DNA of 64,000 nt from Devosiaceae bacterium (GTDB taxonomy: Bacteria > Pseudomonadota > Alphaproteobacteria > Rhizobiales > Devosiaceae), in NCBI GenBank assembly GCA_021648375.1, contig JAKISW010000005.1, positions 35,161 to 99,160 on the forward strand, given 5' to 3'. The notes under the pieces were generated by a model. It did not search any database. It was not told the origin of the DNA and was given only the letters and a program-made list of their open reading frames with translations. The position numbers and the translations under genes are program-made. Position 1 is the first letter of the stretch, and each line of letters opens with the position of its first letter. Shown in pieces: positions 26,745-36,516 of this stretch.

Positions 26745-27449
26745 ATGGCACTGGTGGCGCTTGAAAATGTCGAGGCAGGATATGGGGGAGCACCCATTCT
26801 CAAGGGTATAAATATGGAGATTGATGCCAGCGATATCGGGGTCATTGTCGGACCGAACGGGGCCGGGAAATCAACAGCTCTCAAGTCAATTTTCGGATTG
26901 CTTAAGGTTAGTTCCGGCACAATAAAATTTGATGATGAAGATGTTACGAATTCTCTGCCCGACCGGTTGGTGCCCAAGGGTTTGAGTTTTGTACCTCAAG
27001 AGCACAATGTTTTTACAACCATGAGTGTCAATGAAAATCTGGAGATGGGGGCGTTTATTCGCCGCGATGATTTTTCTGACACTATGGATTCAGTTTATGA
27101 AATGTTTCCTCCCCTGAAGGAAAAACGCAATCAGCCGGCCGGTGAACTTTCCGGGGGGCAACGTCAGATGGTGGCTATGGGGCGGGCTTTGATGAGTAAA
27201 CCAAGATTATTGTTGCTTGATGAGCCATCTGCCGGATTATCACCGCGCTATATGCTGGAGATTTTTGAGCAGATTGTAAAAATCAACGCGTCCGGGGTGG
27301 GCATATTAATGGTTGAGCAGAATGCCCGGCAGGCGCTGGAATTTGCTTCCAAGGGTTTTGTGCTGGCCAATGGGCAAAATCGGTTTACTGGAACTGGAAA
27401 AGAGCTTCTGAACGATCCGGAAGTGGCAAAAAGCTTTTTGGGCGGATAA
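26745..27449 (+). CDS. livF: branched-chain amino acid-type ABC transporter ATP-binding protein (LivF-like)
   Basis: 234 aa. Motifs: GPNGAGKST, LSGGQRQMVA, LLLLDEPSAGLSP. Confidence 0.85.
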   Translation: MALVALENVEAGYGGAPILKGINMEIDASDIGVIVGPNGAGKSTALKSIFGLLKVSSGTIKFDDEDVTNSLPDRLVPKGLSFVPQEHNVFTTMSVNENLEMGAFIRRDDFSDTMDSVYEMFPPLKEKRNQPAGELSGGQRQMVAMGRALMSKPRLLLLDEPSAGLSPRYMLEIFEQIVKINASGVGILMVEQNARQALEFASKGFVLANGQNRFTGTGKELLNDPEVAKSFLGG

Positions 27450-27450
27450 A

Positions 27451-28449
27451 ATGAATGAACTTATTTTCTTTGTGAACAAGGTTTTGGTGTCTGGGATGGT
27501 GCTTGGTTCCATCTATGCTTTGGGGGCAGTGGGCATAACGCTGATCTTTGGAATTCTCCGGTTTGCCCATTTTGCCCATGGTGATCTGATGACCCTTGGT
27601 GCCTTTGTGACGTTTATTTTGACAGTTATGGCGGCAGCTCTTGGCATTGTTGCGCCAATTCCCATGGCAATACTTGTATTGCCGCTGGCCATGGTAATTG
27701 CTGCCGGTCTGGCCCTTGGCATTGATAAAGGGTTTTATGAGCCTTTGAGGAAAAGGGGGGCAAAGCCGGTTATTCTGCTGATTGCCTCGATTGGGGTTAC
27801 CCTGATGATCCAAGGGCTAATCCGTCTTTTTTCCGGGGTGTCCACCCGTAGTTTTTATGCGGATACGCCCAAGCAGATTTTTCGCATTGATATGTCATTT
27901 TTAGGGGCAAGCAGGCCAATAGTTGTTACCGAGCCTCAGATATGGATGATCGGGCTGACAATAATTGCGGTGCTGGCCTTGCATTTTTTCCTGACCCGCT
28001 CGCGTCTGGGCAAGGGTATGCGGGCAATGGCCGATAATGCTGATCTGGCGCAAGTTTCTGGCATTAATACCAAACTGGTGGTGCGGGTGACATGGATTAT
28101 TGCCGGGTCGCTGGCCTGTCTGGCGGGCACCATGCTGGCCCTAGATGTAACATTAAAACCCGATCTGGCGTTTAATATTATCCTGCCGATATTTGCCGCT
28201 GCCATTGTTGGCGGGCTTGGCCAATCCTATGGGGCAATTGCCGGGGGATTTCTGGTTGGGTTTGCAGAGACCATGGCAGTATTTAACTGGGCAGTATTAT
28301 TGCGCCCGTTCAGAGCTGGCTTACCGGACTGGATACCTAATGACCTCTCGATTGTTCCAACCGAATACAAGCTAACCGTTGCATTTACTATTCTGATTAT
28401 TGTGTTGCTGGTCAAACCAACCGGTCTGTTTAAGGGGGTTTCCTCATGA
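27451..28449 (+). CDS. livH: branched-chain amino acid-type ABC transporter permease (LivH-like)
   Basis: 332-aa polytopic membrane protein with N-terminus GSIYALGAVGITLIFGILRFAHFAHG, typical of LivH. Confidence 0.85.
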   Translation: MNELIFFVNKVLVSGMVLGSIYALGAVGITLIFGILRFAHFAHGDLMTLGAFVTFILTVMAAALGIVAPIPMAILVLPLAMVIAAGLALGIDKGFYEPLRKRGAKPVILLIASIGVTLMIQGLIRLFSGVSTRSFYADTPKQIFRIDMSFLGASRPIVVTEPQIWMIGLTIIAVLALHFFLTRSRLGKGMRAMADNADLAQVSGINTKLVVRVTWIIAGSLACLAGTMLALDVTLKPDLAFNIILPIFAAAIVGGLGQSYGAIAGGFLVGFAETMAVFNWAVLLRPFRAGLPDWIPNDLSIVPTEYKLTVAFTILIIVLLVKPTGLFKGVSS

Positions 28450-29723
28450 TCAGACGCGCAGCTCTATTATATTTTGGTTTGGCGGGTCTGATAATTCTGG
28501 TCGCTTTGGTTATGGGTGCGCCATTTACTGTGCGCCTGAGCGTTGAAGCGCTGGCGCTTTCTCTCATTGCTCTGGGCCTTAATATCCAGTGGGGATATGG
28601 GGGATTGTTTAATTTCGGGGTGATGGGTTTTATCATGGTGGGCGGGTTTGCCGTTACCTTTATTTCTGTGCCGGTGAATATAGAGTTTTGGGGCTCTGAA
28701 GGGCCATTTATGTTGCTTAAGGTATTGATTGCCGCCGGCATCGGGGCTTTGCTGATAATGGGAGCCAACCGGTTGCACCGGCTTGGGGCGTCCCCGCGCT
28801 GGCATCGCAGTGCTCAGGTGGCAGCCTGGATTGTTGCATATATTATGTATCGATCTCAGATTGATCCAGCGGCAAAATATATTGAAGCAGAAGCGGGCTT
28901 TGTTGGCGGCTTAGGCTTGCCGGTAATCTTTGGTTGGATGTTTGGCGGCTTATTGGCGGCCGGAATTGCCTATATAATCGGCAAAATTGCTCTGGGTCTG
29001 AGGACTGATTATCTGGCCATCGCCACCATTGGAATTTCAGAAATCATTCGCGCTTTGATTAAAAATATGGACTGGCTGACCAGGGGGACACTAACGGTTT
29101 CTCCGATTCCGTGGCCGGTGCCGCGCCCCCAGGATTATCAGGCTTTTGGAGTTGATACTTTCAATTCGTTTGTATTTGCCAGAGCCGGGTATCTGGCGGT
29201 GGTGATTGTTGTGGTAATTATTGCATTATTTCTTATTCAGCGGGCCTATGGGGGACCGTGGGGACGGATGATGCGGGCCATTCGTGATAATCATATTTCG
29301 GCGGCCTCCATGGGCAAAGATGTAAAATCTCGCCAATTGGAAATATTTATCTTTGGCGCGGTGCTGATGGGAATTGGCGGGGCGATTTTAACTTCTTTTG
29401 CGCAGATTTATGACCCCGGCGGCTATCAGCCGATCAATCATACTTTCATTATCTGGGTTATGGTGATTGTTGGCGGAGCCGGAAATAATTTTGGCGCGTT
29501 GTTTGGCGGGGTGTTTATCTATATTGTCTGGGTATTATCCGAGCCGATCAGTCAGGCAATGTTTATAAATATTTCCCAGTTTTCTGAAGGGGTGGGCTGG
29601 GGAGCAATTCCTGATATTGAAAGTCGCTCCCTGCAAATGCGGGTATTTGTGCTGGGGTTGGTTATTACGCTGGCCCTAAGATATGCGCCCAGGGGGTTAA
29701 TCCCTGAGGTGGTGCGAAAATAA
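28446..29723 (+). CDS. livM: branched-chain amino acid-type ABC transporter permease (LivM-like)
   Basis: 425-aa polytopic membrane protein overlapping the livH stop by 4 nt. It has LivM-type blocks (GLNIQWGYGGLFNFG; MRAIRDN...A.SMGKD). Confidence 0.85.
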   Translation: MIRRAALLYFGLAGLIILVALVMGAPFTVRLSVEALALSLIALGLNIQWGYGGLFNFGVMGFIMVGGFAVTFISVPVNIEFWGSEGPFMLLKVLIAAGIGALLIMGANRLHRLGASPRWHRSAQVAAWIVAYIMYRSQIDPAAKYIEAEAGFVGGLGLPVIFGWMFGGLLAAGIAYIIGKIALGLRTDYLAIATIGISEIIRALIKNMDWLTRGTLTVSPIPWPVPRPQDYQAFGVDTFNSFVFARAGYLAVVIVVVIIALFLIQRAYGGPWGRMMRAIRDNHISAASMGKDVKSRQLEIFIFGAVLMGIGGAILTSFAQIYDPGGYQPINHTFIIWVMVIVGGAGNNFGALFGGVFIYIVWVLSEPISQAMFINISQFSEGVGWGAIPDIESRSLQMRVFVLGLVITLALRYAPRGLIPEVVRK

Positions 29724-29735
29724 AGGGGATGCTCC

Positions 29736-30227
29736 ATGGAGAAGCTCGCATGTTTTGCATGTGGCGGGACATTTGCCGATACGGAAGGCCCGGTTCACGC
29801 TTATATGGCGTCGTCGCCGGGATGCTGGGCAGCGTTTGGGCAGGTGTTGGCACGCGAATATAGCGATACCACTTATTTTGATGTGCATCGCTTAAGTGTG
29901 GATGCTTATGCGGTGCAGCATCCGGGTATCCCTTCAAAGCAAACCATTGGATCTGTCGGGGTGCATCTGGTTCGACTTTGTTTGTTTCATGAATATAGTT
30001 TAAGTCCTGAACGCGCCAATGACGTAATGATTAAAGTGAGTAAAAACAAAGGAAACTTTGTCTGGCTTGAACCACCATCAGCATTGGGAGAAATTACTGT
30101 TGCCGATGTGGCAATGGCAAGCAGTGTTGAACAGCACAAAACCCTGGTGAGGGCGTGGGCAAAAGGGGCGTGGGAAGCCTGGTCGCCTCATCATTCACAA
30201 GTGCGACAGTGGATTAAAGTAAAGTAG
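29736..30227 (+). CDS. hypothetical protein with N-terminal CxxC motif (DUF5946-like by recollection)
   Basis: 163 aa starting MEKLACFACGG....GPVHAYM.SSPGCWAAFGQVLAREY. It is the last gene in the liv operon. The family assignment is from memory only. Confidence 0.45.
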   Translation: MEKLACFACGGTFADTEGPVHAYMASSPGCWAAFGQVLAREYSDTTYFDVHRLSVDAYAVQHPGIPSKQTIGSVGVHLVRLCLFHEYSLSPERANDVMIKVSKNKGNFVWLEPPSALGEITVADVAMASSVEQHKTLVRAWAKGAWEAWSPHHSQVRQWIKVK

Positions 30228-30256
30228 GAGGGGATAAAAAAAGCCCGGAACAGAAG

Positions 30257-30292
30257 TTTAGAGCGTTTCGATTTAAATCGAAACGCTCTAAA
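30257..30292. terminator. 36-bp perfect palindrome, probable bidirectional terminator between convergent genes
   Basis: TTTAGAGCGTTTCGATTT|AAATCGAAACGCTCTAAA; the two halves are exact reverse complements. It has A/T-rich flanks and lies between the 29736-30227 (+) and 30390-31595 (-) genes. Confidence 0.65.
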
Positions 30293-30389
30293 TATTTTCG
30301 CTTGCGGCCTGACTGCTTCAGTTAAAAACTGAAACAGTCCAGACCCCAATTGTAGGTCATATAATATTCAGACTTACAATATTCAGACT

Positions 30390-31595
30390 TTACATGGCTG
30401 CGCCAACTTCAACGAATGAGCCGTCATTGACAACCATTTCAACAATGGTGCCTGGAACGTCGCCTGCTGCATCAAATTCATGCTGGCCAGATGCACCCTC
30501 ATAATTGATGTCTTTGCCTTCAGCCAACAGAGCAACAGCTTTTGCCCATTCGCCAGGAAGAATTACTTCGCCCGGAGCAGAGGCAACCGCACGAACTGAA
30601 GCGGCAAGACCTTCGCGGTCATTGGAGCCTTTTGCCTCAATGGCCAGCGCCAGAATAAAGGCGGCATCATAGGCCTGAGGGGCAAAGATTGCAGTTGGAT
30701 CAAGACCGGCAGCACTGGCTAATTCAGTATAAAGTGCAGCACCGGGAAGATCGGGAGTGCCGGGCTTGGTGGCAATCATGCCCTCAACTGCTGCGGTATC
30801 AATGCCGGTGAACAATTCATCACCAACCATGCCGTCACCGCCGATATAGGTGGTGAAATCACCAGCTTCTACGGCTTGGCGCAACATTGTCTGCCCGGAA
30901 CCATTGGCATAGGCCAGAACCACAAGATTTTGTGCTCCGGTTGCTGCCAGTGATCCAAGTTCTGCGCGGTAATCAGCCTTGCCATCTTCATGGCCTTCAG
31001 ATGCTGCAACTGTGCCGCCATTGGCTTCAAAAGAAGCCCCTAGTGCATCAGCAAAGCCTTTGCCATAATCATTGTTTACATAGGCAACGGCAATTTCTGT
31101 AATGCCTTTTGAAAGCAGCAATCTTGCCAATACGTCGCCTTGATAGGCATCAGATGGAGCGGTGCGGAACACCAGATCATTGTCATCAATTTCTGAAAGA
31201 GATGGAGCAGTTGATGCTGGTGAAATCAAAACCACATTTCCGGGGATGCCAGCAGTGTTGGCAGCGGAAATGGTGGCACCGGAGCAAAGAGCGCCAACGA
31301 TTGCCACCACCTGATCGGTGTTGACCATTTTATCGGCAGCGTTGCCAGCGGCAGTTGCATCTGCGCAGGTTGTATCAGCGGAAGAAATTTCAAGGGTAGT
31401 GCCAAGAATACCGCCCTGGGCGTTGACCTGATCAACGGCAAGTTTTGCCCCGTCAAAAATTGGTGGGGTCAGGCTTTCGATGGGGCCGGTAAAGCCACCC
31501 AAAAAGCCAAGTTTGACTTGTGCCACAGCTGGGCTTGTGGCGCTTAATGCACTGATTGCCAGTGCGGCTAAAATTGATTTTTTAAAAATCTGCAT
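30390..31595 (-). CDS. ABC transporter substrate-binding protein (Leu/Ile/Val-binding protein family)
   Basis: The start was set at ATG 31595, giving the signal peptide MQIFKKSILAALAISALSATSPAVAQ. It has a periplasmic-binding type I fold (VKLGFLGGFTGP..VVAIVGALCSG). Confidence 0.85.
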   Translation of the reverse strand: MQIFKKSILAALAISALSATSPAVAQVKLGFLGGFTGPIESLTPPIFDGAKLAVDQVNAQGGILGTTLEISSADTTCADATAAGNAADKMVNTDQVVAIVGALCSGATISAANTAGIPGNVVLISPASTAPSLSEIDDNDLVFRTAPSDAYQGDVLARLLLSKGITEIAVAYVNNDYGKGFADALGASFEANGGTVAASEGHEDGKADYRAELGSLAATGAQNLVVLAYANGSGQTMLRQAVEAGDFTTYIGGDGMVGDELFTGIDTAAVEGMIATKPGTPDLPGAALYTELASAAGLDPTAIFAPQAYDAAFILALAIEAKGSNDREGLAASVRAVASAPGEVILPGEWAKAVALLAEGKDINYEGASGQHEFDAAGDVPGTIVEMVVNDGSFVEVGAAM

Positions 31596-31870
31596 GGTTT
31601 TCCTCGACAGTTTCAGTGGACCACATATGCGGGTCGCCTTCTGTTGTGCGATCAGCAATTGTGGCGATCAGGGTTTTAAGGACCGGCCGAAACCGGATCA
31701 CTAAATTTAACTTTGCACACTTTTATAGCAAGAGTCATCACCACAAGAAAAAATCCTGACATCACTCACTTCAAATGCAAAATCTGGTATTGTCTAACAA
31801 AGCTCAGGGTGCAATTCTTGTTGAAATCAGAATTCACGATTCTTTACAAAAGTAATACGGAATTACGCGG

Positions 31871-32890
31871 ATGAATAAATCTATTAAGAATTTCGCGTTT
31901 GCTTTCATTGCGGTAGTGGGAAGCTTTTTTTGGCAGTTACAGCCGGTTTTGACTCAAACGGTACAAGATGGTTCAAACAGCGCTGTTGAATTAAAGAGTA
32001 ATTGTGGAAACCGCCCCCTTGCTATCGCGAGCATGCAGTGGCCTTCCTCAAAAATTCTGGCCTATATTCATGCAAAAATTCTAACCTTAGAATTTGGTTG
32101 CAAGGTGGAAGTAATTCAGGGGGAAATGTCGGCACTTATTTCATCAATGGCTGCTGCAGGCGAGCCGGCAATAGTTCCTGAAATCTGGATAACCCGGATC
32201 GCGGATGTTTGGAATGGAGCAACAGAAGCCGGGCGGGTTCGCCAGGAGGGGAGAACTTTTGATGTTGCGGTTCTTGAAGGGTGGTATTTGCCGCCGCATT
32301 TAAAAGAGCGATTGCCGGAGGTTAATTCCATCGTTGATCTAAAAGAATTCGTACCTCAAATACGTGGTGGAGGGCAAAAAATCAGGTTTATTTCCTGTCC
32401 GGCAGACTGGGCCTGTTCAGTAATCAATAGAAACCTGTTGCGTGCCCTTGGTCTGGAAAATGAATTTGAAATTATCGTCCCACAAAACCGGTTTGAAATG
32501 GATGTTTTGATCGGGGAGGCGGTTTCCAAAAATCAGGCAGTGATATTTTATTACTGGCAGCCCAACGCAATTTTGGCTCAGTTTGATTTTTTTGCTTTGG
32601 ATATGGGTGAATTCAACGGCGAAAATTTTCAATGTCTGGCGCAAAGCAATTGCTTTGACCCGCAATTATCAAGCTTTGCTGATGAAAAGATATTTTTTGT
32701 AGCCGCAGATTGGGTGGTGCAAGAAGCCCCAACGGTCACAAATTATATTCGCAGAGCAACCTTGCCGATAGGTGAAATGAATTTAATTTTAAGCTGGCAG
32801 GCCGAAGGGGCTTTAAGTTTTGAGCAGTTGGCTCAGCGCTTTGTTGATGAAAGAAATCAGGTCTGGGGGGTATGGACCGAGGGACTCTAG
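31871..32890 (+). CDS. glycine betaine/choline-type ABC transporter substrate-binding protein (ProX/OpuAC family), paralog 1
   Basis: 339 aa with an N-terminal signal-like segment. It aligns by eye with the next gene (CG...L.IA.M.WPS; FISCP..W.C). Confidence 0.7.
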   Translation: MNKSIKNFAFAFIAVVGSFFWQLQPVLTQTVQDGSNSAVELKSNCGNRPLAIASMQWPSSKILAYIHAKILTLEFGCKVEVIQGEMSALISSMAAAGEPAIVPEIWITRIADVWNGATEAGRVRQEGRTFDVAVLEGWYLPPHLKERLPEVNSIVDLKEFVPQIRGGGQKIRFISCPADWACSVINRNLLRALGLENEFEIIVPQNRFEMDVLIGEAVSKNQAVIFYYWQPNAILAQFDFFALDMGEFNGENFQCLAQSNCFDPQLSSFADEKIFFVAADWVVQEAPTVTNYIRRATLPIGEMNLILSWQAEGALSFEQLAQRFVDERNQVWGVWTEGL

Positions 32891-33063
32891 TATAATTTTA
32901 ATTCGATTGTTTAGTAACTGAAAAAAAATAATAAATTATAAGTAATTGATTTTACTAATTTTTATAGCTTGCGTTCTCTGTTTGTTCAAAAATCGGATTG
33001 ACAGATAATTTTTCAGCTTTTAGGCTAACCGGATCATGAGATTTCTTTAAAAAGGCGCACGAA

Positions 33064-34101
33064 ATGTTTTTTCGTATTCTAAAATTGATAATTCGTATTT
33101 TTGGTATAACTGGTTTTGCTGGCGCAATGGCGTTGGCGACCGCTGGTACGGCGCAGGCTGCCTCAGATGCTGCGCTGTGCGGAACAGACAGGTTGATTGA
33201 TATTGCTGAAATGAATTGGCCGTCGGCGGCAGCGCTGGCCCAAATTCATGCCATTATCCTTGAAAAGGGATATGGCTGCAATGTGGAAATCGTTTCCGGT
33301 GATACGGTTCCAACTTCTGCTTCTTTGTTAGCTAAAGGAACGCCTGCCATCGCACCGGAATTGTGGACTGGCACAATTCAGGAAGCCTGGGATAAAGGGG
33401 TTGCAGATGGTTCGGTGGTGGTTGCCGGTCTGGCAATTTCTGACGGTGCGGTTGAGGGATGGTGGATCCCCAAATATGTGGCGGACGCTAATCCGAACTT
33501 AAAAAGTGTTGAAGATTTGCCCGATTTTGCACAATTATTTGCTGACCCGGAAGATCCGGATCAGGGGCGGTTTATTTCCTGCCCACCAGGGTGGGGTTGT
33601 GAAATTGGCAATGCGGCACTGTTTGAAGCCTATGGACTGGAAGATAGTTTTAACCTGTTTTCTCCCGGCTCAGGTGGAAATCTTGATGCAACAATTGCCC
33701 GGGCGTTTATACGCGAAGAGCCGATTGTATTTTACTATTGGGGACCAACGGGTCTGATGGGAAAATATGACATGGTGCAACTGACAATGCCTCCCTATAA
33801 CGCTGAAATTTGGAACTGCAACACGGATGCCAATTGCCAGCCCAAGGGTAAAAGCTCATTCGCTACGCCACCTGTGGTGGTTGCCACGGCATCCTGGCTG
33901 GCTGAAGAAGCGCCAAATGTCGCTGAATATTTAGGCAATGTTGCTTTGAACAATGTGCAGATTTCCAGAATGCTTACCTGGGGTGATGAAAACAAAGCAA
34001 GTTCACTGGAAACAGCGATGAATTTCCTGGAAACCCAGAGTGATATCTGGAGCGGCTGGGTGCCAGAGGAAGTTGCTGCAGCGGTTATGGCCAGTTTGTA
34101 A
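33064..34101 (+). CDS. proX: glycine betaine/choline-type ABC transporter substrate-binding protein (ProX/OpuAC family), paralog 2
   Basis: 345 aa with a signal peptide ending AQA and OpuAC-type blocks. It is followed by the permease and ATPase genes. Confidence 0.8.
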   Translation: MFFRILKLIIRIFGITGFAGAMALATAGTAQAASDAALCGTDRLIDIAEMNWPSAAALAQIHAIILEKGYGCNVEIVSGDTVPTSASLLAKGTPAIAPELWTGTIQEAWDKGVADGSVVVAGLAISDGAVEGWWIPKYVADANPNLKSVEDLPDFAQLFADPEDPDQGRFISCPPGWGCEIGNAALFEAYGLEDSFNLFSPGSGGNLDATIARAFIREEPIVFYYWGPTGLMGKYDMVQLTMPPYNAEIWNCNTDANCQPKGKSSFATPPVVVATASWLAEEAPNVAEYLGNVALNNVQISRMLTWGDENKASSLETAMNFLETQSDIWSGWVPEEVAAAVMASL

Positions 34102-34201
34102 ACTGCGCCGCAATTTAATTGGAGAATTGCGACCGGGCAAACTCATGCCCGGTTGTTTTGTTGGGCACGGGTCCAGTTTTTTAGATGCGGGGCCGAGATA
34201 A

Positions 34202-35074
34202 ATGTTTCCTGAAATTATTGAAACCAGGCCAATCCGTATCTGGATTGATGACGGTCTGGACTGGATGGTCAAAAATTGGGGAGATGCATTTGAAGCGGGT
34301 GCATATCCGTTACTCGTGCTGCTAAATTCCATTCAAAAATTTCTGCTTTTTGTGCCATGGTGGATGATAATTTTTGTGTTGGCAGCGGTGGCGTTTCTGG
34401 CTACTCGACGATGGGCATTACCGATTGTTGTGGTGGTAGCTCTATTGTTGGTGGGGGTTATGGAGCTTTGGGAAGATGCCATTAAAACCATGGCATTGAT
34501 GATTGCTGCTACGCTAACAACCATAATTTTTGCTCTGCCGATGGGAATTGCCATGTCCCGTTCTGCCTTGCTGCGTGGAATAGTCAGGCCAATTCTTGAT
34601 CTGATGCAGACCCTGCCCAGCTTTGTTTATCTTATTCCTGTGGTGATGATCTTTGGTCCTGGCAAGGTGCCTGCGCTGATCGCAACGATCATATATGCGG
34701 CACCGCCTCTGGTGCGGCTGACGGATTTGGGGATCAGGCTGGTTGATCGAGAAACTATGGAGGCGGCGCAGGCCTTTGGTGCCACACCGCGCCAAAAATT
34801 GTTTGGTGTTCAGATACCTCTTGCCCTGCCCACAATTCTGGCCGGGATAAATCAAACAACCATGATGGCATTGGCCATGGTGGTTATTGCTTCAATGATT
34901 GGTGCGGGTGGACTTGGATATCAGGTTTTGCAGGGTATTGGGCGGTTGGAAGTCTCACGCGGTTTGTTTGCCGGGCTTGGTATTGTGGCGCTGGCAATAA
35001 TTTTTGATCGGATCACCCAGGCTTTTGGAAAACAATTGCAAGAACGCATTGGATTGTCGGAACATAAGTTATGA
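34202..35074 (+). CDS. proW: glycine betaine/proline-type ABC transporter permease
   Basis: 290 aa with the ProW-type N-terminal motif (IWIDDGLDWMVKNWG) and an EAA-like loop (ETMEAAQAFGATPRQKLFGVQIPLALP). Confidence 0.85.
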   Translation: MFPEIIETRPIRIWIDDGLDWMVKNWGDAFEAGAYPLLVLLNSIQKFLLFVPWWMIIFVLAAVAFLATRRWALPIVVVVALLLVGVMELWEDAIKTMALMIAATLTTIIFALPMGIAMSRSALLRGIVRPILDLMQTLPSFVYLIPVVMIFGPGKVPALIATIIYAAPPLVRLTDLGIRLVDRETMEAAQAFGATPRQKLFGVQIPLALPTILAGINQTTMMALAMVVIASMIGAGGLGYQVLQGIGRLEVSRGLFAGLGIVALAIIFDRITQAFGKQLQERIGLSEHKL

Positions 35075-36102
35075 GTGAGCGAGCGATAATTGAGTTAAAA
35101 AACATCACCAAGATATTTGGCGAAAGTCCCGAGGAAGCATTGCAGTTGCTCAAAAAGGGTTTGTCAAAAAGCGATGTGCAGGCTCAGTCGGGGCAGGTGG
35201 TAGCTCTTAATGATGTATCTCTTAGTGTAAATCGGGGAGAAGTATTTGTGGTGATGGGACTTTCGGGTTCCGGTAAGTCCACACTTATTCGCCACATCAA
35301 CCGTTTGATCGATCCCACTTCAGGATCTGTTGTTGTGAACGGGCGTGATATATTGGATATGGCGGTGGAAGATTTAAGGACTTATCGCCGCACTGAGATA
35401 GCGATGGTTTTTCAGAATTTTGGATTGTTGCCCCATCGCAGCGTGCTGGAAAACGTTGCCTATGGACTTGAAATACGCGGGGTAAGCAAGCCAAAGAGAA
35501 GAAAAACTGCATTTGAATGGATTGAAACTGTAGGTCTCAAAGGGTATGAAAATTCAAGACCCCATGAGCTTTCCGGAGGTCAAAAACAAAGAGTTGGACT
35601 GGCGCGGGCCCTGGCCATGGATAGCGAGGTGTTGTTGATGGATGAAGCTTTTTCAGCTCTTGACCCCCTGATTCGCTCCGACATGCAGGAACAATTGCTT
35701 GATCTGCAGAAAAAACTAAAAAAGACAATATTTTTTATTACCCATGATTTTAACGAAGCAATTCGTCTTGGGGATCGGGTTGCACTGCTAAATGAGGGGG
35801 AGTTGGTGCAAATTGGGCGACCTGAGGAAATAATATTGCAGCCAGCAAACCAATATGTGGTGGATTTTGTGCGGGATGTAAACCGGGCCAGAGTTATCAA
35901 GGTTGGTGCTATAATGGGTAAAGATGAGACGACGCCATGCGAAGTGGCGGTGGATCAATCCGCAAGCTGTGAAGATGTTTTGCCTTTGTTTGCAACCCAT
36001 GACTGGGTGGGTGTTGTTAACGAGAAAAATGAGCGCGTTGGCTCCATAAGCGCCAAGCAGGTAATTTCTGCTCTGGCTCGCCATCAGGCGACAATTTCTT
36101 AA
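35071..36102 (+). CDS. proV: glycine betaine/proline-type ABC transporter ATP-binding protein
   Basis: 343 aa. Motifs: Walker A GLSGSGKST, signature LSGGQKQRV, Walker B LLMDEAFSALDP. A C-terminal regulatory (CBS-like) extension is present. Confidence 0.9.
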   Translation: MSERAIIELKNITKIFGESPEEALQLLKKGLSKSDVQAQSGQVVALNDVSLSVNRGEVFVVMGLSGSGKSTLIRHINRLIDPTSGSVVVNGRDILDMAVEDLRTYRRTEIAMVFQNFGLLPHRSVLENVAYGLEIRGVSKPKRRKTAFEWIETVGLKGYENSRPHELSGGQKQRVGLARALAMDSEVLLMDEAFSALDPLIRSDMQEQLLDLQKKLKKTIFFITHDFNEAIRLGDRVALLNEGELVQIGRPEEIILQPANQYVVDFVRDVNRARVIKVGAIMGKDETTPCEVAVDQSASCEDVLPLFATHDWVGVVNEKNERVGSISAKQVISALARHQATIS

Positions 36103-36166
36103 ATAAATAGTGCTGCGTGTTTTTGCGGATGGGTTTTTTGACCTCTATTGCGAATATTGATAGTTA

Positions 36167-36446
36167 GGGTCAGGACCTATTAAATTCATACAATTCTGTT
36201 TGAAAAAGGGTGTTTAGATAAGGCGAAGCGGTGCGAGATAATGTATGTACCTTTTTGAGCACCGATTTGCTTTAGATGAATATCCTCTTTCAAACCCTTT
36301 TTACACTACAAGTTTTGGGGCGCTGTTGATTTTGCCTCTGAATGCGTTGCAACCACTTGAATAGTATATACTATCCTTCGTGTTTGCGCCTGTTCATAAA
36401 CAAAATCAACTGGCGCAGAATAAATGAATTTAATAGGTCTTGACCC
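36167..36446. mobile_element. non-autonomous MITE-like element with 23-bp terminal inverted repeats and TA flanks
   Basis: Left end GGGTCAGGACCTATTAAATTCAT (36167-36189). The reverse complement of the right end (36424-36446) is GGGTCAAGACCTATTAAATTCAT, a 22/23 match. TA lies immediately outside both ends (36165-36166, 36447-36448). There is no ORF of transposase size inside. Confidence 0.65.
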
Positions 36447-36516
36447 TAGTGACAATAGAATTCTGAAATTGGAATTTGGGCGCAATTGGCGCAGGCTATA
36501 TTTAGCGGAGACTGCA

